Positions 9,034 through 19,575 of a stretch of 47,185 bases of DNA are shown piece by piece (position 1 is the first letter of the stretch; the number at the start of each line of letters is the position of its first letter). This stretch comes from Bdellovibrionota bacterium (GTDB lineage: Bacteria > Bdellovibrionota_C > UBA2361 > OMII01). The stretch lies in contig JBIKWQ010000018.1 of assembly GCA_044356215.1 (NCBI GenBank), forward strand, positions 1 to 47,185, in the 5' to 3' direction. Under the pieces are notes generated by a model, which ran no database searches, was not told where the DNA came from, and saw only the letters and a program-made list of their open reading frames with translations. A program made the translations under genes and the position numbers.

Positions 9034-9936
9034 CTACACCACACCGACATTAAGACAGAAACCCAAAGTACCGTCCTCATTAACCTTGAGAATTCCAAGA
9101 GCCCCCTCTTGAGCGCTGGCGGAGTATAACACGTGTTGAGCTGTGCCTTCTACCTGTTTCCACACTCGACTCGCCTCTCTAAGGGCGCTTAGCTGCCCGT
9201 TTAATAACCCAGCGGTGGTGCTCCTATCAAATTCTACTCTTGGGATCTCTGGAACCAGTTCGGCCCAATCTAGTACAACATCCCAGGAGACGCCGTCCAG
9301 CGGCACACTTCGCGATACTGAGAAATGACCCGAAACCTCGCGTCTAATGCTCTTCACCGCGCCTCCGCAACCTAACGCGTTACCTAGATCCCTAGCCAGT
9401 GAACGTACATAAGTACCCGGACTAACCTCGACTCGATAAAAAAAAGTATTAATACCGGTAGTCGGCTGAATATCGAATTCCCTAACCACAACACGCCTAG
9501 CGCTTAACTCGAAATCTTTCCCTTCGCGATGAAGTTTGTACGCTCTTTTGCCGTCTAACTTCTTGGCGCTCACCTTTGGTGGGACTTGCATCAACTCACC
9601 CACAAAGTGACTAGAGGCTTCCTTAACACGCGAGAAATCCGGCACATCGTCACTGCGTGACAACACTTCCCCTGAAAGATCATCAGTCGATGTGGTAACC
9701 CCCAATTGGAACTCCCCCGAGTAGACCTTAAAACCGTCAGCCGCGTAAGAGGCCACTCGTGTCGCGCCATTAATCAAGATTATTAAGAGGCCGGTAGCGT
9801 CCGGGTCCAATGTTCCCGCATGCCCGACCCGATTAGCACCAAGGGCTCGTTTAACGCGCGCGACAACCCCCGCTGAGGACATCCCCGCTGGCTTATCTAC
9901 GAGCAAGATCCCGTTTTTTCTGGCGCTCATGCTCAA
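9034..9936 (-). CDS. truB: tRNA pseudouridine(55) synthase
   Basis: VGHAGTLDPDATG, GTYVRSLARDLG. Start may be the ATG at 9930. Confidence 0.97.
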   Translation of the reverse strand: MSMSARKNGILLVDKPAGMSSAGVVARVKRALGANRVGHAGTLDPDATGLLIILINGATRVASYAADGFKVYSGEFQLGVTTSTDDLSGEVLSRSDDVPDFSRVKEASSHFVGELMQVPPKVSAKKLDGKRAYKLHREGKDFELSARRVVVREFDIQPTTGINTFFYRVEVSPGTYVRSLARDLGNALGCGGAVKSIRREVSGHFSVSRSVPLDGVSWDVVLDWAELVPEIPRVEFDRSTTAGLLNGQLSALREASRVWKQVEGTAQHVLYSASAQEGALGILKVNEDGTLGFCLNVGVV

Positions 9937-9956
9937 TACCTGTGAATTCTGCTTGT

Positions 9957-10946
9957 TTAATCGAGGGCCTTGGCGATAGCCGCGCGAAGTTTCTCTTGTA
10001 GCCCGTCTAAGCTATCTCTCCACCTAAAAGCAGCGGCGGCCTTGTGACCACCACCGCCAAATAGCTGCGCTATTCCAGAAACGTCAACTATCCCACGCCT
10101 AGATCTGAGACTAACTCTCCAGAGATCGACGTCTTGTTTGTAGAGCGCCGAAACCCGCACATTCTCAATATCTCGCGCTCTTTCGGCTAATGAGTCAGCG
10201 TCTAAGATATCAGCTCCATACTTTTTCAGCATGTCCTGAGTAACAACTACCTCGGCGAAACCATTTGGATATACAGTCACATTACAAAGAGCCTCTGACT
10301 GTAATCGTAGCGCCACCAGAGACTGTGTCGCAAAAAGCTCTTGAGTGAGAACGTCCGGTTTCGCTCCACGCTCCACCAACTCCGCCGCTACTTTGAAGGT
10401 AGTCGCTGTCGTGCTTGGGTATCTAAAGGAACCGGTATCTCCAATTATCCCAGCAAGCAAACAAGCGGCAGCGTTTGTTGTTATCAAATCAGATCGATTG
10501 AAATGTTTCTCACAGCTCTTGAGGAGACCAAAAATCAACTCTGAGGTCGAGCTAGCTCCCTCGACAACTAGGTTTATATTCCCGAACATAGTGTTCGACG
10601 CATGGTGGTCTATATTTACTACTTTTGGCGCGTTTCTAAGAGCGCCCACCATGGAGTCGCCAACTCGATCCGCAGCTCCGCAGTCTACTACAATCACCAG
10701 AGAGTCGCTCTTAAGCGCACCCCACGACCCAGCGACAACCTGATCCGCTCCGGGTATGGCCTTATATCTGGCTACGAAACCGTGCTCATTATAAACTTGA
10801 ACACTTTTTCCTAGCTCCCTTAGCCCCCAAGCCAAACCACACGCTGAGCCGTAGGCGTCGGCGTCTGGGTTTGTGTGAGTAACAACAGCTATCTGACCGC
10901 TAGCCTGAACCGCTTCTATGATATCAGAGGTCGTGCTTCCACTCAT
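9957..10946 (-). CDS. nrnA: DHH/DHHA1 phosphoesterase (NrnA-like nanoRNase/pAp phosphatase)
   Basis: HTNPDADAYGS, IDHH, DTGSF, GGGGHKAAA. Typical position after rbfA. Confidence 0.9.
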   Translation of the reverse strand: MSGSTTSDIIEAVQASGQIAVVTHTNPDADAYGSACGLAWGLRELGKSVQVYNEHGFVARYKAIPGADQVVAGSWGALKSDSLVIVVDCGAADRVGDSMVGALRNAPKVVNIDHHASNTMFGNINLVVEGASSTSELIFGLLKSCEKHFNRSDLITTNAAACLLAGIIGDTGSFRYPSTTATTFKVAAELVERGAKPDVLTQELFATQSLVALRLQSEALCNVTVYPNGFAEVVVTQDMLKKYGADILDADSLAERARDIENVRVSALYKQDVDLWRVSLRSRRGIVDVSGIAQLFGGGGHKAAAAFRWRDSLDGLQEKLRAAIAKALD

Positions 10947-10968
10947 TTGTTACTCCACGAAGTCAGGA

Positions 10969-11343
10969 TTAACTGTCCGCGCTGCCACTTGTCTTGATTC
11001 GCTCCATGAGACGCTCAACGTGCTCGGCGGTGTCTAGGGTGTCGTCATAATAGAAACGCACGGCTGGAACAAAGCGCACCCCGAGCTGCTTGGCCAAAAC
11101 ACGCTTAAAGTGCCCCTGCGCTGATTCGAGAGCTTCATTAACTTCAGCTATCCTTTCCTGTCGATCCGTCCCGGATGGGAAAGATACCACCCAGTAAACC
11201 TTGGCGTTACGAAGGTCCGGAGAAACCATTACCGAAGTAATGGTAACTAGGCTAAAACGAGGATCGGCAGTATGAATCAGGTGCTCGGCAACCACCTCTT
11301 TAATGCGCTCCGCGATCTGATAAACTCTGCGATTTCCGGCCAT
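10969..11343 (-). CDS. rbfA: Ribosome-binding factor A
   Basis: DPRFSLVTIT...SPDLRNAKVY, RFVPAVRFYYD. Confidence 0.96.
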   Translation of the reverse strand: MAGNRRVYQIAERIKEVVAEHLIHTADPRFSLVTITSVMVSPDLRNAKVYWVVSFPSGTDRQERIAEVNEALESAQGHFKRVLAKQLGVRFVPAVRFYYDDTLDTAEHVERLMERIKTSGSADS

Positions 11344-11363
11344 TTCGTTCGTTCCTAAAAAGG

Positions 11364-13994
11364 CTACTCCAATGTTGGAGCGACCTCTTTAATCTCATAC
11401 ACCTCGATGACGTCACCGATCTTGACGTCGTTAAAGCCCTCAAGTCCGATACCGCACTCAAAGCCGGCTTGAACTTCTTTAACATCATCCTTAAACCGTC
11501 GCAGACTCGACATCTTCCCTTCGTGAATTACGCGACTGTCGCGGAGAAGGCGGGCATTTGCGTTACGACGTATAGTTCCTCCGGTGACGTAACAACCAGC
11601 TATTGTTCCTATCTTAGGAATAGTGAACGTATCACGAACCTCCACGCGACCAAGGCTGGACTCTTCCTTGAGCGGTTCAAGAAGACCAACCATGGCGTTC
11701 TTCACGTCATCAAGGAGTTCATAAATTACGCGGTAGAACCGCACCTGCACTCCAAGCTGCTCCGCGTCCGCCATAGCACGAGGCTCACCACGAACTCCGA
11801 ATCCGACTATGATTGCGCGAGAAGCGATAGCCAACTGCACATCACTCTCGTTAACTCCACCCACTGCTGAGTGAAGAACACGTACCTTAACCTTCTCGCC
11901 AGACAACTTCTCAATTGAGTGTTTAACGGCTTCCACAGACCCCTGCACATCCGCCTTGAGAATGACATTGAGCTCCTCTGCGGCCTGGTTATTCGCTCTC
12001 TTGGCGAACTCCTCAAGGCTTATTGGACCCGCTGCCAAAGCGCGCTGCTTGTCAGCGAAGCGCTCCGACCTGTTTGTGGCAACTTCACGCGCATCGGCCT
12101 CTGACTCCATCACTAAGAAGTCATCTCCTGAATCCGGAGTTCCTGTCAAACCAGTTATCTCCACCGGCGCCGACGGACCAGCTTCGCTGATTTTGTCTCC
12201 CTTGTAGTCTGTCATCGTACGAACGCGTCCGTATTCATGACCACTAACGAAGATATCTCCGACCCTCAGCGTTCCAGCCTGAACGAGAACTGTTGCAACC
12301 ACTCCTCGGCCGCGATCCTGACGGCTCTCGATGATGGTTCCCTTTGCGCGACGATCTGGGTTGGCTGTCAACTCCTCAACCTCCGCCAGAACAAGTACAC
12401 CATCCAGAAGCTCATCTATGCCTGTCCCTTTGAGGGCAGATATCGGGAAGAACATAGTATCGCCACCCCAATCCTCCGGCTGTAGCCCGAACTCGGCTAG
12501 CTGTGTCTTGATGCGATCCGGATTGGCGTCGTGTTTGTCCATCTTATTGATAGCCACAACAATAGGTACCTTCGCAGCCTGAGCGTGACTAATTGCTTCC
12601 CTAGTTTGCGGCATGACGCCGTCATCAGCAGCAACAACTAAAATTACAATATCTGTAACCTGGGCTCCACGGGCACGCATCTGCGTGAAAGCCGCGTGGC
12701 CCGGGGTATCGATAAAGGTAATCGCCTTACCGCCTTTCGTGGTAACGCTGTAAGCGCCGATGTGCTGGGTGATTCCCCCCGCTTCCTTAGCGGCTACTGA
12801 AGCGCTACGTATTCTATCCAAAAGCGAGGTTTTTCCATGGTCAACGTGACCCATCACGGTCACAACTGGCGGCCGGGTGATTAACACAGCGCCCTCGTCA
12901 GCGGCTACATCCTGAATTAGATCCTGCTCGTTAAACTCGGTGTGCTTAACCTCGTAACCTAGATCGTCAGCGACGATCTGCGCCGTATCTTTGTCGATCG
13001 CGTGATTGATTGTCGCCATAACTCCGAGGCCCAGAAGTTTCGCGATAACCTCTCCAGCCTTAAGGCTCATCTGCTTAGCTAGGTCACCTACTGTAATAGA
13101 GTCACCGAGCTCGATTACCTTCTTAGCTACCTTAGGCTTATCAGCATCAGCTAACTGGTCAACATCATCCTTATGCTTGCTCTTCTGCTTCTTTCGTCCA
13201 ACCCTTCCATCATAATCAAGGAGGTCAACAGAGCTGATTTCGCGCTTACGCCCTTTTTTAAAACCACCCTTCTTATTTGCGCCCTCCTCCTCGTCATCAA
13301 AAGATACTGGGCGAGTCTCTTCCTTCGTTGCTCCTTTGACCGGCTTCTTAGCATCTACTGGCTTTACTATAGCTCTGCGGGCCGGGAGCTCGATCTTTCC
13401 AAGAATCTTAGGTCCGATGGTGGCCTTTTCCTCTACGGGCGAAGGCTGTGGTGGCACAGACTCTTTGGCGGTCGCCATCTTCTCTGGTTGAGGTTGCTCA
13501 CTCTGACTGGCTTCCACCAGTTCAGGCTGAGCAGACGGCTCTAGCTCATCAGCTACTTCAGCGGTTGCGGCGACTTCGCGCGCGGCGCCCCCCTCACTAG
13601 GTTGAAAAAGTTCATCCGCCGCGGCTATCGCGCTCGCGATCGGATTCGCTTCAATGGAAACCGTTGCCTGCGGAGCCGGAGTGGCCGAAACCGGCTCTGG
13701 AACATCAACAGCTCTCCTACGTCTGATAACATCACCGGAGCGCTTCTCGACGACAGTATATGTGGCGCCAGTTGTGCGATCGACCTTGGTCGTTACAACC
13801 TCGGTGTTCTCGCTTTTTGGAGTGCCGACCGCCTGTCGAAGGATCGCCCTACGAACAGCGTCAGCCTCATCGGCGTCAACCGAGTGCGAATGAGAGCTTT
13901 TGCCGGGAATACCGAGCTCCTGAATCTTCGAGAGGACAACCTTATTTTCTACGCCAAGTTCCTTGGCCAATTCGTAAATACGTATCTTTGACAT
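11364..13994 (-). CDS. infB: Translation initiation factor IF-2
   Basis: [42 protein letters not shown]. Confidence 0.99.
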   Translation of the reverse strand: MSKIRIYELAKELGVENKVVLSKIQELGIPGKSSHSHSVDADEADAVRRAILRQAVGTPKSENTEVVTTKVDRTTGATYTVVEKRSGDVIRRRRAVDVPEPVSATPAPQATVSIEANPIASAIAAADELFQPSEGGAAREVAATAEVADELEPSAQPELVEASQSEQPQPEKMATAKESVPPQPSPVEEKATIGPKILGKIELPARRAIVKPVDAKKPVKGATKEETRPVSFDDEEEGANKKGGFKKGRKREISSVDLLDYDGRVGRKKQKSKHKDDVDQLADADKPKVAKKVIELGDSITVGDLAKQMSLKAGEVIAKLLGLGVMATINHAIDKDTAQIVADDLGYEVKHTEFNEQDLIQDVAADEGAVLITRPPVVTVMGHVDHGKTSLLDRIRSASVAAKEAGGITQHIGAYSVTTKGGKAITFIDTPGHAAFTQMRARGAQVTDIVILVVAADDGVMPQTREAISHAQAAKVPIVVAINKMDKHDANPDRIKTQLAEFGLQPEDWGGDTMFFPISALKGTGIDELLDGVLVLAEVEELTANPDRRAKGTIIESRQDRGRGVVATVLVQAGTLRVGDIFVSGHEYGRVRTMTDYKGDKISEAGPSAPVEITGLTGTPDSGDDFLVMESEADAREVATNRSERFADKQRALAAGPISLEEFAKRANNQAAEELNVILKADVQGSVEAVKHSIEKLSGEKVKVRVLHSAVGGVNESDVQLAIASRAIIVGFGVRGEPRAMADAEQLGVQVRFYRVIYELLDDVKNAMVGLLEPLKEESSLGRVEVRDTFTIPKIGTIAGCYVTGGTIRRNANARLLRDSRVIHEGKMSSLRRFKDDVKEVQAGFECGIGLEGFNDVKIGDVIEVYEIKEVAPTLE

Positions 13995-13999
13995 GCGCT

Positions 14000-14275
14000 T
14001 TATTTCTCAACACTTTCTAGCATCAACCGCGCTAGGTCACTTACCTGCGCGGCTTTTAGGGTGCCGGAAGTGAGTCGTAGCGACCTCTCCCAGCGAGCTG
14101 ACTGACTGAACTTTGATAGGCACTCAAGTTTTTGGTGAACGTAAGCACCCCTACCCGGAGCGCTCAAATCTCTGTCCCAAAACAGCATGCCGCCAACAAA
14201 GGTCAACCTCGCTAGCTCATCCTTTCCTCCTTTAGAGCGACACACACAACAAGTACGCTCGCTCTTCTTTTTCAT
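14000..14275 (-). CDS. ylxR: YlxR/DUF448 family protein
   Basis: RTCCVCR...PGRGAYV between nusA and infB. Confidence 0.9.
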   Translation of the reverse strand: MKKKSERTCCVCRSKGGKDELARLTFVGGMLFWDRDLSAPGRGAYVHQKLECLSKFSQSARWERSLRLTSGTLKAAQVSDLARLMLESVEK

Positions 14276-14307
14276 CTCCTTATGGTCCTCGCGCCGTCAA
14301 ACACTCC

Positions 14308-15801
14308 TTACCGAAGCGATTCAACACTCGCGGCGGCTCCACTCTTCAAAAAACTTTCTGCCGCGGCTCGGATCTGCTCAACATCGCTCTCCTCTACGCC
14401 ACTCACCCCTCGCAGAGTTTCATCATCAGCCTCAATCACACTCTGAATCGTCTTGTATCCAGCCGAAACTAAGATCTCTCTAAGATCGGCGGGGATAGGC
14501 AAGCGATCGATATCAGTGACTTCCTCAGATGGACCACCGAAGGTATCAGCCTCATCGCCGAGCTGCTCCGCGAACTCCCTGGCCTTAGCCGAGATATCGG
14601 CAGCCTGCTCGTTCGAAAGTCCCTCAATCTCAGAGAGCTCATCCACAGAAGCATCAGACACCTCGCGAATGGTACGATAGCCGTGCTGAAATAGTAACTC
14701 CGCGTGCATGAAGTCGATCCCAGGTATCGCTCCCAGAGCGGCGCGCGCCCTCTTAGCTTCCTCCTCCGCAACCGATACACTTCTTACATCGATACGCCAT
14801 CCCGAGAGCTTGCTGGCGAGCTTAACGTTCTGACCACCACGGCCAATCGCTAAGGAGAGATGGTCATCTGGCACGATCACCTCCATAGAGTGCTGTTCCT
14901 CATCTACAACTACTCGGCTAACCTCAGCTGGCGCTAATGCGCGGGCTACGAAGCTAGGCTCGTCCGCTGTCCAAGTGATAATATCTATGCGCTCTCCTCG
15001 CAGCTCCTGCACTACCGCCTGAACGCGTGAGCCCTTAATACCAACGCACGCTCCAACTGGATCGATCATGCTATCGTTCGAGTAAACCGCTATCTTAGCT
15101 CGGAAGCCTGGCTCACGCGCCACTGCTTTTAGCTCAATAACCTTCTCAGCGATCTCAGGAACCTCAAGCTCAAAGAGCTTGCGGAGGAAATCCGGGTGGC
15201 TACGCGTTAGTACGATCTGCGGTCCACGCGCTGAACGATCCACATCTAGAACCATTCCACGAAGGCGATCGCCAGGGCGATACTTTTCGCGCATGATCTG
15301 CTCGCGCTTAGGCAGTATGGCCTCTGTCCTGCCGAGGTTCACTATGATGTTACCGCGCTCAACTCGAAGCACGATCCCACTCATTAATTCGCCCTTGGAA
15401 TCCTTGTACTCCTCAAAGATCACTCCGCGCTCGGCGTCTCGAACCTTCTGCATGATAACCTGCTTAGCGGTCTGCGCGGCGATTCGACCCAACACGTCAG
15501 TATCGAGCTTCTTACCGATCTCCTCACCTTCCATTACCTCAGGGTCGCTGCGACGGGCGTCATTTAGCGAGATCTGGGTGTCAGGGTCGTCAACTCGATC
15601 AACAACAACCTTAAACTGAACAACCTCAATCTCTCCCGTCTCCGGATTGAACTTCGTCTCTAAGTTCCAGTTATGACCGTAATGTTTACGCGCGGCTGAC
15701 AACATCGCCGACTCGATCGCCTCGATAAGCACCTGCTTATCGATACCTTTATCGCGTCCCATCTGACTGAGGATGGCATTTAAATCGAATTTTGATGACA
15801 T
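14308..15801 (-). CDS. nusA: Transcription factor NusA with C-terminal acidic repeats
   Basis: GRIAAQTAKQ, DPVGACVG, AIGRGGQNVKLA. Confidence 0.98.
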   Translation of the reverse strand: MSSKFDLNAILSQMGRDKGIDKQVLIEAIESAMLSAARKHYGHNWNLETKFNPETGEIEVVQFKVVVDRVDDPDTQISLNDARRSDPEVMEGEEIGKKLDTDVLGRIAAQTAKQVIMQKVRDAERGVIFEEYKDSKGELMSGIVLRVERGNIIVNLGRTEAILPKREQIMREKYRPGDRLRGMVLDVDRSARGPQIVLTRSHPDFLRKLFELEVPEIAEKVIELKAVAREPGFRAKIAVYSNDSMIDPVGACVGIKGSRVQAVVQELRGERIDIITWTADEPSFVARALAPAEVSRVVVDEEQHSMEVIVPDDHLSLAIGRGGQNVKLASKLSGWRIDVRSVSVAEEEAKRARAALGAIPGIDFMHAELLFQHGYRTIREVSDASVDELSEIEGLSNEQAADISAKAREFAEQLGDEADTFGGPSEEVTDIDRLPIPADLREILVSAGYKTIQSVIEADDETLRGVSGVEESDVEQIRAAAESFLKSGAAASVESLR

Positions 15802-15823
15802 ATATCTACCTCACCTTCACACG

Positions 15824-16366
15824 CTAAAATTTAAAATCAACCCGCGCCTCTTTTAGGTTTCTTAATGGGATCTGAAAACTTTCCTTGCCGCTCTCAGCCT
15901 CAACCCTAACCGAGTCACTCGAAGCGTCGCGTATATAGCCGTTTACGACTACAGTCGCCCCACTTTCATCATTCTTGAACTTAACCTTAACTCGCTCACC
16001 AACCGCACCTTTAAAGTGCTCTGGCAATCTAAGTTTTCGGTTTATACCTGGGCTAGACACCTCTAATGTGCAGTTCCCTGGTATAAGTTCACTTTGCTCA
16101 TCCAGATCAAGGATACGCTTGCTTACACGCACGCAGTCCTCAAAAGAGATTCCGCCCCTCGCGCCATCTTCGGCGTTTCCCGCCGACTCCCGTTCGCCTT
16201 CGCGTTCCTGCGGATTAGAGCCATCAGCTACCGGCCGCGTAATGAAAACTTTAAGAGCTCCACCCCTTCTGGTGTCCGACGGAAGTTCCAGATCAAAAAG
16301 AACAACGCCCTCCTCGAGAGCTACCTGCTCGACCGTCTTCCAAAGAGATGTCCCCTCTAGCCCCAT
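15824..16366 (-). CDS. rimP: Ribosome maturation factor RimP
   Basis: LEVSSPGINRKL, first gene of the nusA-infB operon. Confidence 0.93.
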   Translation of the reverse strand: MGLEGTSLWKTVEQVALEEGVVLFDLELPSDTRRGGALKVFITRPVADGSNPQEREGERESAGNAEDGARGGISFEDCVRVSKRILDLDEQSELIPGNCTLEVSSPGINRKLRLPEHFKGAVGERVKVKFKNDESGATVVVNGYIRDASSDSVRVEAESGKESFQIPLRNLKEARVDFKF

Positions 16367-16548
16367 GCCTCAACCATTCACTACCTGCGACCAGGCACAG
16401 CCGCTATGCGCTACCTGCCCGACCTAACCCACGACAAACCTCATGCGCCGCCACAACTGACGTGACCCTGATAAATCAATTTTGATTCAGGATAACGAAC
16501 CAGAATCGGGAAGATTCTGGGGCGGCAAGAATTTGCCGGAACCACAAG

Positions 16549-16577
16549 AAGTTAGCATACGACCGATAATTGAGCAA
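16549..16577 (-). promoter_or_regulatory. Putative sigma70 promoter of the rimP operon
   Basis: TTGCTC-N17-TAACTT with TG extended -10. Confidence 0.4.
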
Positions 16578-16633
16578 CTAATAGATCGACCGATAAATCA
16601 AGAATAAACTAGGTAATTACAAAGAGTTATTGC

Positions 16634-17236
16634 CTACTTAAACTTCAGAAACGAAAAAGCTCGCCGGTCATGATAATCAGCTTCAAAGTCAGGACACCCG
16701 GCAGATGTCACATACCTAGGCACATCCTGCTGGCACAAACAGAGGGTCACTTGAGCCCGAATTCCGCGTGAGATCTCGGTACCTAGCTGAGCGAGCGGGA
16801 GAGATATCGCTCCAGTCCAACTATCCGATCTCCGCTCAACCCAAACTTCAGCGTCGGGTGGAACCGATCTTGCGTCTCGCTTCCTGTAGGCTAAAAAGTT
16901 CATATACCACCACGCTCCGTCCGGCGTGATATGTATCTCGAAATACCTATCGTCCGCCCCCATTACAAAGAGCTCCGCTGTCTGGCCGCGAGTTTCGGGC
17001 TCCGCTAAGTCATTCACGAAACGCCCTTTTAGATCCGGCTTACTCACGGGCGGCTCAAACGGAACCTCCGCAACGAATGTCAGATACTTTGAATCTTTAC
17101 CGATGGCGAAGCGATACGGATTAGAGAGCTTCTGGCCCTGCCAGTCAACGGCGACCTCGTCGCGTAGAAGCATGAGAACCTCCCGCCAATCGCGGCCGTC
17201 TTTTAGCGTATGACAAATAAGATTTTTGGCTGCCAC
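16634..17236 (-). CDS. Hypothetical protein (possible DOMON/CBM9-like beta-sandwich)
   Basis: 200-aa ORF 7 bp downstream of the radical SAM gene. AELF...YFEIHITPDGAW...ADYH pattern. Confidence 0.6.
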   Translation of the reverse strand: MAAKNLICHTLKDGRDWREVLMLLRDEVAVDWQGQKLSNPYRFAIGKDSKYLTFVAEVPFEPPVSKPDLKGRFVNDLAEPETRGQTAELFVMGADDRYFEIHITPDGAWWYMNFLAYRKRDARSVPPDAEVWVERRSDSWTGAISLPLAQLGTEISRGIRAQVTLCLCQQDVPRYVTSAGCPDFEADYHDRRAFSFLKFK

Positions 17237-17243
17237 TTAAAAC

Positions 17244-18764
17244 CTAACCCACAATCCTTTCCTGACGCTTGGCGCCCCTTATTCTAGTCCGTTGCCCGAT
17301 GGATCCGCCAGCCGCGAAGATCTTAAGCTCGTTGGGCAAATCGTTGCGGCCTCCACGTTGATAGTCCTCAGCCAGTATTGGACCAACACGCTCACGATCT
17401 AAGCCCCTTACCTCAACTAAGAATCTAAATAAAAGAGAGGTTAATGCCTTTAGCTCTATGGCGGACCTCCTACCTACCTCTCTAAATAGCCAATCACTCC
17501 ACCGCATGAATCCCGAAAAGGGGGTTTCTGGGGGTTCCCACAACAGTTTCTTACTCTTGAAGAAATTGCCGCTATTACTCACCAGATCCCAGTATTTAGC
17601 GAACCTCTCCATCCTTCTAAGATCAAAGAAAGATATATCTTTAGTCGATAAAATCTCATAGGGCGGGTCATCACTAAACCTGAGATCAAAATTCTCAATA
17701 TGCCTAGCTATCGGGGTTCCACGCAGCTTCTTCAGAATCCCTACTTGGATTTCTTGGGGATCAAGGTTAACGAGTCGATCAAAGCCAGCGGCGAAACTAT
17801 TTAAGTCCTCGCCCGGAAGTCCAGCAATTAGATCCACATGAAGATGCGCTGACGTATCTTGTCTCAGAAAAGATATATTCTCGATCAGCTTGTCGATATC
17901 TTGACGCCTGCTGATCAGGGCGCCTACCTCAGGATTTAAACTTTGAACACCGATCTCAAGCTGGAGAGACCCCGGCGGGAACGCCGCTACGGTCTCCCGA
18001 AGCTGCTTAGGGAATCTATCTGGCACCATCTCGAAATGCACAAACACCCCCGGCTCGTATCGATCTAAGAAGAACTTAAGAATGTCGTTAGCGATTCTGA
18101 CATTCAAGTTAAAGGTGCGATCAACGAATTTGAACGTTCTAGCTCCTCGAGCGAAGAGAGCTTCAAGCTCAGCAAGGACAGCCATGTGATCGAACTGTCT
18201 GACCGGGATATCTATTGATGAAAGGCAGAACTCACAAGTAAAAGGACAACCCCTTGAAACCTCCACGTAGATTACTCGTGAAGCGATGTCGGTATCTGTG
18301 TAAAGCGAATAAGGGAGCTTTAATGTTTTTAGATCCGGAAGACCCCCGTGTATTATCTTATCCTTGGGGGCCTGGCCCGTGAGAATCTCCCTACAGAGAG
18401 AGGCGAACGCCAGATCGGCCTCTCCTGTAATCAGATAATCGGCTCGCTTTACTAAAGGATCGCGTTCATATTCGTAACTGACTTCAGGACCACCAAGGAT
18501 AACTGAGATATCTGGTCTCAGTTTCTTTATAATCTCCACAACCTCTGTAGTGCGTTGTCGATTCCAGATATAGACCCCGAACCCTATAATTATTGGGTTT
18601 GTTATCAACAGGGCTTCAGCTATCTCTTTAGCGCTCTGAGCGTTCTCGAATTCACGGATAACGGCGCGACACTGAAGCTCACCAAGCTCGGCAAATAGGT
18701 ACCGCAGCCCAAGAGAGGCGTGGATGTAGCGGGCGTTTATAGTGGCGAGTAATATCTCTGTCAT
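17244..18764 (-). CDS. B12-binding domain radical SAM protein
   Basis: SLGLRYL, GVYIWN, GGPEVS, RGCPFTCEFC (CxxxCxxC). Confidence 0.92.
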   Translation of the reverse strand: MTEILLATINARYIHASLGLRYLFAELGELQCRAVIREFENAQSAKEIAEALLITNPIIIGFGVYIWNRQRTTEVVEIIKKLRPDISVILGGPEVSYEYERDPLVKRADYLITGEADLAFASLCREILTGQAPKDKIIHGGLPDLKTLKLPYSLYTDTDIASRVIYVEVSRGCPFTCEFCLSSIDIPVRQFDHMAVLAELEALFARGARTFKFVDRTFNLNVRIANDILKFFLDRYEPGVFVHFEMVPDRFPKQLRETVAAFPPGSLQLEIGVQSLNPEVGALISRRQDIDKLIENISFLRQDTSAHLHVDLIAGLPGEDLNSFAAGFDRLVNLDPQEIQVGILKKLRGTPIARHIENFDLRFSDDPPYEILSTKDISFFDLRRMERFAKYWDLVSNSGNFFKSKKLLWEPPETPFSGFMRWSDWLFREVGRRSAIELKALTSLLFRFLVEVRGLDRERVGPILAEDYQRGGRNDLPNELKIFAAGGSIGQRTRIRGAKRQERIVG

Positions 18765-18889
18765 GTTGTGGACTCATGCTACCCGTGACTGCCAGATCAC
18801 TCAAGCGATGTAACTACTCACCCCAAAAAGCCACCCGACTCATAACACCCGTCATTCCAAACGCTTAATTATCGGTAATAATAGACCCT

Positions 18890-19315
18890 ATGAAACAGGA
18901 ATGGATCGTAGTCGCGAGTCGGGAAGAGGTAAAGATATTCAAACGCCAAGGGGCCGAAGGCATCGAACTTATTAGAGACATCGGAAACCCTTTAGGCACG
19001 GCTCGTGAGCAAGATTTTGTGACAGATAAACCGGGAAGAGCGACAGACAACAGAATGCGAGCCAGACACGCGTATTCAACAGAACAGAGCTACCGTGAGA
19101 GAGCCATGATTGAGTTCTATCGCGACATAGTAGCCATATTAGATAAGTCTCTTCTGGAGTGCGAATTCGAAACCCTAACATTAATCGCGGAACCCCGTCT
19201 TTTAGGTATAATCAGGGATCTCTTGCCGGCTAGGATCAAGCGAGTGATCAAAAGGGAGATTAGAAAAGACCTCTCTTACGCCGAACCACCTGAGATCGCC
19301 GACCGTCTTATTTAA
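18890..19315 (+). CDS. Host-attachment family (bacterial aeRF1-like) protein
   Basis: WIVVAS...DKPGR...LIAEPRLLG...EIRKDL pattern. Confidence 0.85.
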   Translation: MKQEWIVVASREEVKIFKRQGAEGIELIRDIGNPLGTAREQDFVTDKPGRATDNRMRARHAYSTEQSYRERAMIEFYRDIVAILDKSLLECEFETLTLIAEPRLLGIIRDLLPARIKRVIKREIRKDLSYAEPPEIADRLI

Positions 19316-19322
19316 TAACGTC

Positions 19323-19398
19323 GTGACTATTCAGCAAATGCTGACGCAAAAATTTAGCGCCTATCAGGGGCGACCTTACGACGCTATGCGGGGTGGAA
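19323..19398. mobile_element. Degenerate MITE relic with an IS66-like end
   Basis: Left end GTGACTATTCAGC. Flanked by the direct repeat ATAACGTC (19315-22 / 19399-406). Patchy similarity to the reverse complement of 37648-37739. Confidence 0.5.
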
Positions 19399-19405
19399 AT
19401 AACGT

Positions 19406-19570
19406 CTACGCCAAATGCGGATCGAAATGTAAGACCTCTGGCCTATATACAGAGCTCACAGTGAAGCGAACTATTCGCGCTAATATAACCCCGGCCACTA
19501 TCAACAGAAGCGCGGCTACCCAATAAGAGGCGCCCGACGAATTGCTATCATTTGGCGATAGTCCACCCAT
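19406..19570 (-). CDS. Unlisted 54-aa single-pass membrane protein
   Basis: ATG 6 nt after the acyl-CoA DH stop, GAGGGG RBS. Translation: MGGLSPNDSNSSGASYWVAALLLIVAGVILARIVRFTVSSVYRPEVLHFDPHLA. Confidence 0.55.
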   Translation of the reverse strand: MGGLSPNDSNSSGASYWVAALLLIVAGVILARIVRFTVSSVYRPEVLHFDPHLA

Positions 19571-19575
19571 AAGCG

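Noticed and set aside
16560..16596. Sigma28 promoters from ACCGATAA motifs
   Set aside because: There is no properly spaced TAAA -35 and no sense gene downstream.
18810..19335. Composite transposon around the host-attachment gene
   Set aside because: The two IS66-like ends at 18810 and 19323 are in direct rather than inverted orientation and share no flanking TSD.
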